A DNA stretch of 64,000 bases from the sequence record PV029745.1; one strand, written 5' to 3'. Below, piece after piece: positions 1-8,144 of the stretch. The notes under the pieces are model-generated. The model was not told where the DNA came from. It ran no database searches and saw only the letters and a program-made list of their open reading frames with translations. Each line of letters begins with the position of its first letter. Within the stretch, counting starts at the first letter, position 1. The position numbers and the translations under genes are program-made.

Positions 1-787
1 GGATAAGGAAGTTACCAACCCAATACCGAAGCTGCTGGATGAATCCCCACTTCTCGCCACCCATTCCGAGTTCGTAGTTCCGCGAACAAACGCCAGTACG
101 AATGCCTTTGTCATCGACACAGAATACGGTCATGGAGCTACCATCCAGCTTATAGGTAACTTCCATGTCATCACCGTCTTCTTTCAGGTTATAAAACGCA
201 ACGGTCTTATTCTGAATGCGGTCTTGATCGGACTTAGTTAGCATCTCAGGCCACGGTTTCAGAGCGCCACCCAGATTACCAATCAGCTTGGCACCAAGCT
301 TAACGATCCACGGAGCGTTACGTGCTGCATGAGCCTTCGATACCATCGGAGGAGCAGACTCGTACTTAAGGATACCCAGCTTCAGGGTCAGGTTAGTATC
401 AACGGGTTCATCTTTGAACTCATCGGGAATCGGAACCAGTAGTCCTTGAGAGAGCTCTTTACGAAGCTTGATAGTTTTCAAACGATGATAGTTTTTACCG
501 TCTACACGCCGATTGTCGGACCGACGGCTCTCAAGAAAACCGAAGAGCTTAACGTTATCCAGAGGAAGAAGAGAATCAATCTCGCAGTAAATAGCGCGAT
601 CACCTTTCTTATATTCGCCCATCTTTACACAAAGTTGCCAACCACCAACAATAGCCAATTCCAGAGCATCGGCATTAGGGTGTTTCACAACATCATCGAT
701 CTCAACAATGCGTGCAAGCTTACGAGTTTCTTCTACTACACCAAAACCTTCGCGGATCGGTTTCAATTCATCCATTTCAATCGTCAT
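1..787 (-). CDS. ATP-dependent RNA ligase, DRB0094/Rnl5 family (3' end runs off the window; absent from the ORF track)
   Basis: Manual translation from ATG at 787: MTIEMDELK...RKLARIVEIDDVVKHPNADALELAIVGGWQLCVKMGEYKKGDRAIYCEIDSLLP (N-terminal OB-like module typical of the family), KSDQDRIQN, motif I EVTYKLDGSS, VCSRNYEL; open to position 1. Confidence 0.82.
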   Translation of the reverse strand, partial: MTIEMDELKPIREGFGVVEETRKLARIVEIDDVVKHPNADALELAIVGGWQLCVKMGEYKKGDRAIYCEIDSLLPLDNVKLFGFLESRRSDNRRVDGKNYHRLKTIKLRKELSQGLLVPIPDEFKDEPVDTNLTLKLGILKYESAPPMVSKAHAARNAPWIVKLGAKLIGNLGGALKPWPEMLTKSDQDRIQNKTVAFYNLKEDGDDMEVTYKLDGSSMTVFCVDDKGIRTGVCSRNYELGMGGEKWGFIQQLRYWVGNFLI

Positions 788-788
788 T

Positions 789-995
789 TTATTTACCTTT
801 ATCAGTGATGGTTGTGCGAACGTCATTACGGAACCGCCGCACTATTTCGAGTATTTCTTTTTGATCTACATAACGAATGTCTGTCAGTTCAATTTCACGA
901 CAAGCCAATGAAATTTCAGCTTCAATCTGATCTGACAACGTTCGACGTAAACCATCTATCGTTACTTTACCCGGTGGCGGCGGCGCTGCGATCAT
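789..995 (-). CDS. hypothetical protein
   Basis: 68-aa ORF; ATGA overlap with the upstream gene and abuts the ligase start. Confidence 0.55.
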   Translation of the reverse strand: MIAAPPPPGKVTIDGLRRTLSDQIEAEISLACREIELTDIRYVDQKEILEIVRRFRNDVRTTITDKGK

Positions 996-1390
996 GTATT
1001 CACACCCCAGTTATAATCATAGAAGGTTTCAACGAAAGACTTACCAGGTAGTTCTTGTACGACCTGCTCTGTGCTATTTACCAAGGTTACAGCTTGCTCA
1101 AATGGGACAGGATGCCCACTTACCGGCGAGATGATCTTGTAACCATTCTCGCGTAGGTGATCAACGAAGTTCACCATACCAGTTTCAAGACCGACATTAT
1201 AAATATCGTTCTCCTGGTTGGTAGTGATTTCATAAGTCTTTCCAGCAGGGATATCGACAATGGGAGTACGGTCGTCACTGGTACGTGCTACGTCGCCCAT
1301 GGTACGACTTACAGTCCAGCAGAACTCATTGAGAACTGGGTTCGATTCTTGCCATTCTTTCTTTTCATCTAAACGGTCTTTATTCGACAT
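992..1390 (-). CDS. hypothetical protein (start revised to MSNKDRL)
   Basis: GAGG RBS before ATG at 1390; the longer track start overlaps a terminator and promoter motif. Confidence 0.6.
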   Translation of the reverse strand: MSNKDRLDEKKEWQESNPVLNEFCWTVSRTMGDVARTSDDRTPIVDIPAGKTYEITTNQENDIYNVGLETGMVNFVDHLRENGYKIISPVSGHPVPFEQAVTLVNSTEQVVQELPGKSFVETFYDYNWGVNT

Positions 1391-1419
1391 TGCAGTTACC
1401 TCGTTGTGGATACAAAAGA

Positions 1420-1445
1420 GTAATATAGATTTGAAATCTTTTTTA
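1420..1445 (-). promoter_or_regulatory. phiKZ-type early (virion RNAP) promoter motif
   Basis: Minus strand AAAAAAGATTTCAAATCTATATTAC; contains TATATTAC, the published phiKZ early promoter core. Confidence 0.6.
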
Positions 1446-1454
1446 TGACATAAA

Positions 1455-1472
1455 GGGGAGCCGAAGCTCCCC
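1455..1472 (-). terminator. intrinsic terminator with UUCG loop
   Basis: GGGGAGC-TTCG-GCTCCCC-TTTA on the minus strand, right after the Nampt-like stop. Confidence 0.75.
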
Positions 1473-1479
1473 ATGTCTA

Positions 1480-3246
1480 TTACAGAGAGGTCGCAATCCG
1501 TTCCCGGATTTTTGCCATCGTGTCATTCTTGTAGAATTCACCATTCTTAAAGAATAGCTTCAATTCACCGGATTCTGTTTCCAGAGTCGCCCAAGACATG
1601 TCGGCTTCTTGTTCAAGAACGAAGTTACCTTCTTCATCTTTAATTACACGAAGGAAACCTTTTGCAGACTTCTTACTAGATGCAGCTTTTGGATCTTTAT
1701 ACAGCTCTACGAATTCCTCTTCGATCTGAACAGCAGTGGCTTTAACGGCCATACCGAACGTATCGCGAGTGTTGTACTGATAGGTGTAGCTACCAATACC
1801 GAGAACGACGTTACTAGAGGCGTAGCCTTTACGTTCCAAGCGAGACATGATCTGCTCGGTACGATCTACAGTAATCGAATCACCATAGATCAGGCCAACA
1901 TATTCGTTCAGGCATTTGAAGCCTTTACCGTTAACAGTACCGCCAAAGGAATCCCACAGGACTTCAATCGCACCACGTACTTCAACTTCCGGGATAGTCT
2001 TTTCAGACAGGAAATCGGAGAGCGACGAAGCAATGTGATTGATCTCGTAGTATTCGCCTGCGATACGTACAACTTCGTAGCCACTGAACTCAATGGACCC
2101 CAGTTCACCGATGTGCTTCTCGAAATCAGCGCGATCTGCAAACTCAGTCGGGTAAGCCATGTAGCCAGTAATAACTTTAACCGGATCACCGGAGTCAGGA
2201 CGAACAACAACCCTGGCAAGGCCAAGTTCATTCTTCAGACGACTTTCGATTTCTGCACGGATGCTCGGGAGAACATCAGAGATAACACCCCAGAAGTCGA
2301 AGGAATCACAGACCAGCGAGATGATGCCTTCCGGAACTTTCTGAAGAATGATCTCCAGAATGTAGTCACGTTCAGCTTCCAGTCGCAGTTTGTCATGCAG
2401 TTCCGGAGTGATCACAGTACCTTCCTCTTTGAGGAAGTTGATCTTCATTTGCAAACGGTACAGGATGTTGGTAGTGGCTACAGCATGTTCGGTTGCAGTA
2501 ACCGAAGCACCCAACAGTTCAGTATCGCTATTAGCACCGTAATACATCTCAGCGTAATCAAGTGCCGGGATGGTATCAGTACCAGCGAAGCTAGTCAGGT
2601 GAGCCGAGCCAGAACGCATTGCATCTTCAGGGCCACTCATACCACGGAAGCTGAAATCATGTGCTTGGAACTTAACGTGCTCACGGTTATCGCAAGTACG
2701 GTCAGCATAATGGTTCAATACACGTTGGTATTCAGCAGCGATGGTTGCGTTGCAAATCATTTTCCAGTTGTACGAACTAACGATGGTTTCCAGATAGTTC
2801 ACCAGCCAGTAATGATCATCGTCATCCAGACTGTTGTAAACTACGAAAGTTGGAACACCAATGTTAACACGTTCACCTTCATCAATAGCCAGTACAGTCA
2901 GAGGCAGGTAACCCAGTTCATGTAGTTTGTACAGACACTCGTGTTTGATAACGCCTTTACCGCACATGTTGTCGAAACGACGTGCAGCGCGTTTAACAGC
3001 GATTTCACGAGGCAGATTGAAGAAGGTGCGATCCCACAGTTCTACCAGTTCGTGCCAAGTACCTTGCAACCCGAAGTTAACGACTTTGTTATCGTAGAAC
3101 GCAGAGCAAGACTTCGACCGCAGGAACTGCTTAGCAGAGCGCGGGGTGAAGTTAGCATATTTACGTTCAGTACCTTTCGGGTACAGAGCACCATGACCGG
3201 GTTTGTAGCAGTCAGTAGCAGTTGCAGCATAGAGAGCATTAGACAT
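1480..3246 (-). CDS. nicotinamide phosphoribosyltransferase-family protein (probable NARP1 Namat)
   Basis: TDCYKPGH, HDFSFRG, GTDTIPA, ATEHAV, SLVCDSFDFW, VVRPDSGDP, GLIYGDSIT, LGIGSY, RDTFGMAVKAT, KKSAKG; GAGGA RBS before ATG 3246. Confidence 0.9.
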   Translation of the reverse strand: MSNALYAATATDCYKPGHGALYPKGTERKYANFTPRSAKQFLRSKSCSAFYDNKVVNFGLQGTWHELVELWDRTFFNLPREIAVKRAARRFDNMCGKGVIKHECLYKLHELGYLPLTVLAIDEGERVNIGVPTFVVYNSLDDDDHYWLVNYLETIVSSYNWKMICNATIAAEYQRVLNHYADRTCDNREHVKFQAHDFSFRGMSGPEDAMRSGSAHLTSFAGTDTIPALDYAEMYYGANSDTELLGASVTATEHAVATTNILYRLQMKINFLKEEGTVITPELHDKLRLEAERDYILEIILQKVPEGIISLVCDSFDFWGVISDVLPSIRAEIESRLKNELGLARVVVRPDSGDPVKVITGYMAYPTEFADRADFEKHIGELGSIEFSGYEVVRIAGEYYEINHIASSLSDFLSEKTIPEVEVRGAIEVLWDSFGGTVNGKGFKCLNEYVGLIYGDSITVDRTEQIMSRLERKGYASSNVVLGIGSYTYQYNTRDTFGMAVKATAVQIEEEFVELYKDPKAASSKKSAKGFLRVIKDEEGNFVLEQEADMSWATLETESGELKLFFKNGEFYKNDTMAKIRERIATSL

Positions 3247-3262
3247 ATTTTTGATCCTCGGA

Positions 3263-4150
3263 TTAGAAAACAGAATGGGAGAAGAATTTCGGGTCACGTA
3301 CACCATCATGCCGATAATCATTTACGGCGTTAGGATGATAGGTGTTAGTGGTCTGGATATAGTCGTAGTATTCGTTCAGCTCGTCGAAACCCTTGGAGAA
3401 AATACCATGGGTTACAAACAGACCCAGTTGATCTACGATGCACTGTTCGTGGATAACCTTAGCAAGTTCAATGAACGTGCGGCCACCATCACAGATGTCA
3501 TCGATAACCAACAGCTTTGCTAACCGAGGAACATCATGGGCATTCAACAAAGACGTATGGGTGATCTTACCAGTCGACAGTTCACGGTTCTTGCAAGCGT
3601 AGAGTACGCCAGCAGCGCCAATCTCTTTTGCAATGGCTTCGATCTTTTTACGTGCACCTTCATCAGGTGCAACCAACCACCATTCTTGTGGAGTTTCCAG
3701 AAGTTGTCCTTCTACACATACCCAGCTCTTGATAATATCTGCTTGGGTAATCTCGCGGCAATTGTTGATGAGTGGCAGCGACACATTACTGTGCGGATCG
3801 TACAGGCATACAGACGTAGCGTCCAATGCATTGATCAAACCAGTCATCACACTAATCGACAGAGGTTCACCTTCATCGCAAACACGATCTTGTCGTGCGT
3901 ACGGCAGATAACCAATAACCAAGTGTATTTCAGGACGAATACGCTGGCGACGAATAGCGTCGAATACCAGGAACAGTTCCATGATATCGTCACTATTACG
4001 AAGCCAAGCATTGATTATGAATCGTTCGCCTTTCTTTCTGAGATCTTTCAGAGGGATCTTGATACCGATCTCACCGCCAGGGAATTTAAAGGGTTGACAA
4101 TCGTAGTGATCTGCCAAGCCGTTACCGTGAAGCTGAGTAATTCGAATCAT
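3263..4150 (-). CDS. ribose-phosphate pyrophosphokinase-family protein (probable NARP1 Adps)
   Basis: FPGGE, YLPYARQDRVCDEGEP, DPHS, VAPDEGA, K.R, IDDICDGGRTF, LFVTHGIFS; directly upstream of the Nampt-like gene. Confidence 0.88.
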   Translation of the reverse strand: MIRITQLHGNGLADHYDCQPFKFPGGEIGIKIPLKDLRKKGERFIINAWLRNSDDIMELFLVFDAIRRQRIRPEIHLVIGYLPYARQDRVCDEGEPLSISVMTGLINALDATSVCLYDPHSNVSLPLINNCREITQADIIKSWVCVEGQLLETPQEWWLVAPDEGARKKIEAIAKEIGAAGVLYACKNRELSTGKITHTSLLNAHDVPRLAKLLVIDDICDGGRTFIELAKVIHEQCIVDQLGLFVTHGIFSKGFDELNEYYDYIQTTNTYHPNAVNDYRHDGVRDPKFFSHSVF

Positions 4151-4198
4151 TTATTTTTCCTTTAGGGAAGAAGTTGGGGACCGAAGTCCCCGTTCGGG

Positions 4199-5452
4199 TT
4201 AGCCCTTGACGCAAACAATCTGACGCAGGGTGTGGACGATCTCAATGAGGTCATCCTGAGCAGCCATTACGTCTTCAATGTTCTTATAAGCCTTTGGAGT
4301 CTCGTCGATCACGTCAATGTCTTTCCGGCATTCTACACCGGCAGTATCACGAGCATGATCAGCAAGAGTAAAGGTCTTAGCGGCTTGGGTTCGGGACATG
4401 ACACGTCCTGCTCCGTGCGAACACGAACAGAAGGACTCGCGGTTCCCTTTACCTTTCACGATGAAGCTCTTCGCGCCCATCGATCCAGGAATAACGCCCA
4501 GCATACCCTCATCTGCACGCACTGCGCCTTTACGAGTTACGGATACTTTCGCACCGAAGTGGTTCTCGAAGGAGACGTAGTTATGGTGACATTGCACAGC
4601 TGATAAGCTGGTATTGATTGGTCGACCCATGTAATCTGCAACTGCCTCGATAGTGGCGCGCATCATGATCGTACGGTTGAGCGTGGCATAACGCTGAGCC
4701 CAATGTACAGCTTCGATGTAGTCGCTGTAGTACTTGGTACCTTCCGGTAGATAAGCGAGGTCCTGATCAGGCAGGTTGATGTGGTAGAGCCGCATCTCCT
4801 CTTTTGCTTTCTCAATGAAGTACCGACCGATTGCGTTACCGATCCCACGCGAACCCGAATGGAGCATGATCCAAACTCGATCTTGTTCATCCAGACAGAT
4901 CTCTACGAAGTGGTTACCAGTGCCGAGGGTACCAGCATGGTTGAATGCACGGTTAGCAGCCTTACCCAGTTTCGGGTGTTTAGCCACGATGAGCTTCAGT
5001 TCCTCTTCAAGCTTCTTAACCTGAGCTTGGAGCTCCGGTTCGAGTTTCTTGTAAACGAGGTTGAAGTCACTCCATGCACCACGGTCATTCGGGCCACCAT
5101 TGTCAGTACGACCATGGGGGATACGGGATTCGATTTTATAACGAAGATGTTGCAGACCATGAGTCATGTCGTTAGCTGTCAGATCAGTAAGCTGGCATGC
5201 AATCCCGCACCCAATATCGACCCCTACCGCAGACGGAATGATTGCACCCCGCGTAGCGATTACGGAACCGATGGTTGCACCGGTACCAAGGTGGACATCA
5301 GGCATTACAGCCAAATGCTTGTAAATGAACGGGAGTCCCGCGATGTTCTTCAGCTGACGTTTTGCATCAGCTTCAACAGGGACGCCTTTAACCCAAGCTT
5401 TAATTGGGAATTCATTCTGTTCGTTCAGCATAACGTATTTTTGAGTAGTCAT
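4199..5452 (-). CDS. rtcB: RtcB RNA ligase (2',3'-cyclic phosphate/5'-OH)
   Basis: MPDVHLG, VGVDIGCG, GTLGTGNHFVEI, HSGSRG, HHNY, RKGA, IPGSMG, SCSHGAGR, IDETPKAYKNI. Confidence 0.95.
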   Translation of the reverse strand: MTTQKYVMLNEQNEFPIKAWVKGVPVEADAKRQLKNIAGLPFIYKHLAVMPDVHLGTGATIGSVIATRGAIIPSAVGVDIGCGIACQLTDLTANDMTHGLQHLRYKIESRIPHGRTDNGGPNDRGAWSDFNLVYKKLEPELQAQVKKLEEELKLIVAKHPKLGKAANRAFNHAGTLGTGNHFVEICLDEQDRVWIMLHSGSRGIGNAIGRYFIEKAKEEMRLYHINLPDQDLAYLPEGTKYYSDYIEAVHWAQRYATLNRTIMMRATIEAVADYMGRPINTSLSAVQCHHNYVSFENHFGAKVSVTRKGAVRADEGMLGVIPGSMGAKSFIVKGKGNRESFCSCSHGAGRVMSRTQAAKTFTLADHARDTAGVECRKDIDVIDETPKAYKNIEDVMAAQDDLIEIVHTLRQIVCVKG

Positions 5453-5591
5453 TGTAGACGCTCCGAGAGTTTTAAGGTTTAGGAATTCAACGATTTAACG
5501 TTGTGCCAAGGTCGGGATCGCAGAATTCCAAGGATAGGTAGAGTAATGTCATGCCTATCCGTATTAGATAAGACTTTTGAGTAAATTGTCA

Positions 5592-6173
5592 TCAGTCCGA
5601 TTCAACGGCCATGGATAACTCTTTATGTTTCCTTCGTCTTTCAATATCAGCAAACCATGGTCTTACACTTAACCATATTGCAGGCCAACTGAGAATAGCC
5701 GCTACAGCCATCCACACTGCACTGAGTAGCACCCATGCGTCGTTACCATCGTCAACATCTCGTGGAGCTATGTCGAGTTGATAGTCAGTTCCAACGGGGA
5801 CATGGTGATAAGTGTAATCACCTAGCTTAGTTTCGTATACGAAGGGGACACCTTTCATCTTCCCTTCCCAACGACCCATTAGCTCTGTGTAGATCCCATG
5901 TTTGTATTTGTGGGTCTCTTCCCATTTCCAGGTCAATACAACCTGGGTCTTACGTTTGGTTACGTAGTCAGAGAAGAATGAGTTGTAGACTGCACCACCC
6001 ATAAATGCTAAGCAGATTAGGTAGAGCACCACACAACGCAGTTTAACCCACTTGGAGATTGGTACATACGGCTCTTGTTTCATAGTCATCGTACAGCCGA
6101 TTGCGTTTGCATAACCCAAGGGATTCCTTGATGCCATTGCATTTATTGCGGCTGCCTCCAGAGTTATACTCAT
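5592..6173 (-). CDS. hypothetical membrane protein
   Basis: 193-aa ORF with two hydrophobic segments; coupled to the upstream stop. Confidence 0.65.
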   Translation of the reverse strand: MSITLEAAAINAMASRNPLGYANAIGCTMTMKQEPYVPISKWVKLRCVVLYLICLAFMGGAVYNSFFSDYVTKRKTQVVLTWKWEETHKYKHGIYTELMGRWEGKMKGVPFVYETKLGDYTYHHVPVGTDYQLDIAPRDVDDGNDAWVLLSAVWMAVAAILSWPAIWLSVRPWFADIERRRKHKELSMAVESD

Positions 6174-6997
6174 TTAGGATTCTCATGGATAAGCTGGAAC
6201 GTGTCGAACTTGTATTGATCAACGAAGTGCCACGCGAGTTCACTCAGCTTAAAGATATCCGGACGTTCGTATTTACCGAAGTCGGGTTTCTCTTTAGCCA
6301 AATGGAAATCGATGAAACGGTCCAATACAGGGCAACGATCGATCAAGTCTTGTTCAGTGGAACCTATCTTACAGTTGACCAGTTCCTGAATACGTTTGTA
6401 CAAGGTGGGATCAGACAGAATCGGTAGGAGTTCATGGAATACCATCGGTGGATGTTCACGACTAGTCTCAACCCACAATGCTGCTAACAGTGGACGGAGA
6501 GCATAGAAGTATTTCTTCATGCGGACTTTCTCATCCGACAGCCAACGCATCTTGGTTTGCTTGGCCATGGAGATATAGTGCATGAAGCTCGATTCGGGAA
6601 TGAAGTGCTTGATAGCGTAATCACGAATCAGTTTGTAATCCCATTCGTTCTTACGGTAAACGATCGGGGAGTTCAACCACTCCAACAGAGTCGGGTTAGA
6701 CTTGTAAGCCAGTTGAAGTGTCTTGGTTATACTCCAACCAGCCAGATCGAGTTCCTTGGAAACCATCTCTTCGATGGTGTCACGACCTTCGTTATCAACC
6801 CGGACATAATGACTCGGATGGTTAACGTAGATGAAGCGAACATCGTAGTCACTATTAGTAGAAGCGAAACCCCAACCACGACTACCGGACTCACAGGCGT
6901 AAATGATCTTTACACCATACTTCTGTTCGATACGAGTTAACTCGGCGTCTATAACTGCATGCATCTCATCACTAACAGGGTGACGTGGATCCATCAT
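6170..6997 (-). CDS. Pol-beta-superfamily nucleotidyltransferase (RlaP/YcgL-like)
   Basis: YACESGSRGWGFASTNSDYDVRFIY (GS...DxD), LDLAGW, KSNPTLLEWLNSPIVY, KKYFYALRPLLA. Confidence 0.85.
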   Translation of the reverse strand: MMDPRHPVSDEMHAVIDAELTRIEQKYGVKIIYACESGSRGWGFASTNSDYDVRFIYVNHPSHYVRVDNEGRDTIEEMVSKELDLAGWSITKTLQLAYKSNPTLLEWLNSPIVYRKNEWDYKLIRDYAIKHFIPESSFMHYISMAKQTKMRWLSDEKVRMKKYFYALRPLLAALWVETSREHPPMVFHELLPILSDPTLYKRIQELVNCKIGSTEQDLIDRCPVLDRFIDFHLAKEKPDFGKYERPDIFKLSELAWHFVDQYKFDTFQLIHENPK

Positions 6998-7492
6998 TCA
7001 CCTACCTTTTCAAGTTTGAGTTTCTCTTCTTTACCCGTGTCCAAATACATGAACATCGAATTTCCCAGTAGGTTGTAATACATCCAACCTTCCTTAACCA
7101 CTTGATCGCCATACGTCAGAGGAATGTTCAATTCGTAAATGGCGTCATAAGGGATGATTACAGGATCTTTGTCAGGCTTGTTGAGGACGAGTGCATCGTC
7201 AGTAAGCTCAAGCCATTGCTTACGACTGATGACCCCAAGACCGATACTGAATTCGCTACCTGGGTCTTTCCCATTGAAGATACCACAGCGAACAGCAGGA
7301 TCAACTCGATCACCAGCAATACCGATTTTAACCGATACTGAATTCGCTACCTGGGTCTTTCCCATTGAAGATACCACAGCGAACAGCAGGATCAACTCGA
7401 TCACCAGCAATACCGATTTTAAGAGGGTCAGGGTCTACGCCCATCAATTCAACAACCAGTTCCAGTTGACGCTTGAGTTCAATCTTGTTCAC
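6994..7492 (-). pseudogene. 135-aa hypothetical gene frameshifted by a 91-bp tandem duplication
   Basis: GTG start 7492 with GAAGGA RBS overlaps the upstream TGA; removing one repeat copy gives 408 nt (136 codons) joining track ORFs 7328..7540 and 6994..7410. Confidence 0.75.
7240..7421. repeat. perfect 91-bp tandem direct duplication
   Basis: 7240-7330 is identical to 7331-7421 (accgatactgaattc...caataccgatttta). Confidence 0.95.
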
Positions 7493-8109
7493 AGTGTAAA
7501 TTCCTTCGTGTTGTATTGACGTGCAGAGTCGGTCCACCATGTAGGTGTCTGTGCGTAGTAGTATTCACCAAAGATACAAGTGGCTAAGGTTTTATCCAAA
7601 GCTTCCTGATAAGACATCTCGCCATCTTTAGTAGCGAAGTGAACCATGTTGTTGAAGCAGGTAATGATGTCAGCGTTTTCTTTTGTGGAGAAAACAACGG
7701 TACCTTTGGCTCCCACTTCGGAATGGATCATCGAGCTCCACGGACGAACACCACGATCAGTGACCAGATAGATATCTTGTACAGCCGATATGGAGAAGAA
7801 CGTACGAAGAAGGTTACCGTAATCGGGTAGGTCTTGCTCGAACAGAATATCGAGGATCTTACAGACCTTATCGATCTTCTTCATTTTCTCGGTGTAACGC
7901 GCACCACCATCATTCTCAGTGCAACCGATATTGAAGATGATACTGTAAATGGATTCCACAAGCTTACAGCATTTGTAGACGTACGGAGTTCCCTTTACTT
8001 TAGGAGTCCATACGAAAAGATTGCTCTTTCCTGGATTAGGTTGCTTGAACTGATGGATGCGGTACGGAATACCTTTTTCAAACAGCATGAAGTCCATTAT
8101 TTTCTCCAA
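7489..8109 (-). CDS. hypothetical protein (paralog of 20198..20758)
   Basis: 206-aa ORF; shares IY[LI][VL]TDRG and F..ENA.I motifs. Confidence 0.65.
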   Translation of the reverse strand: MEKIMDFMLFEKGIPYRIHQFKQPNPGKSNLFVWTPKVKGTPYVYKCCKLVESIYSIIFNIGCTENDGGARYTEKMKKIDKVCKILDILFEQDLPDYGNLLRTFFSISAVQDIYLVTDRGVRPWSSMIHSEVGAKGTVVFSTKENADIITCFNNMVHFATKDGEMSYQEALDKTLATCIFGEYYYAQTPTWWTDSARQYNTKEFTL

Positions 8110-8118
8110 AGGAAATAA

Positions 8119-8138
8119 AGCCTCCCCGAAGGGAGGCT
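8119..8138 (-). terminator. intrinsic terminator AGCCTCCCCGAAGGGAGGCT
   Basis: Identical 20-mer at 43691-43710 and 46799-46818, reverse-complemented at 37388-37407; variants near 13821, 27001, 63237. Confidence 0.8.
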
Positions 8139-8144
8139 TTTATG

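Noticed and set aside
1609-2925. 438-aa plus-strand ORF (similarly 4781..5482, 25852..26832, 41221..42093)
   Set aside because: Antisense shadows of well-supported minus-strand genes; no recognisable motifs or RBS
1480-4150. NARP2 (Nampt plus NMNAT)
   Set aside because: The partner gene is PRPP-synthetase-like; no HxGH adenylyltransferase or NadM-Nudix is present in the window
4176-4191. Terminator between rtcB and the Adps-like gene
   Set aside because: The UUCG hairpin lacks a following U-tract on the coding strand; more likely a stabilising or processing hairpin
7240-7421. CRISPR array or IS target-site duplication
   Set aside because: Two abutting copies with no spacer, and no transposase or inverted ends
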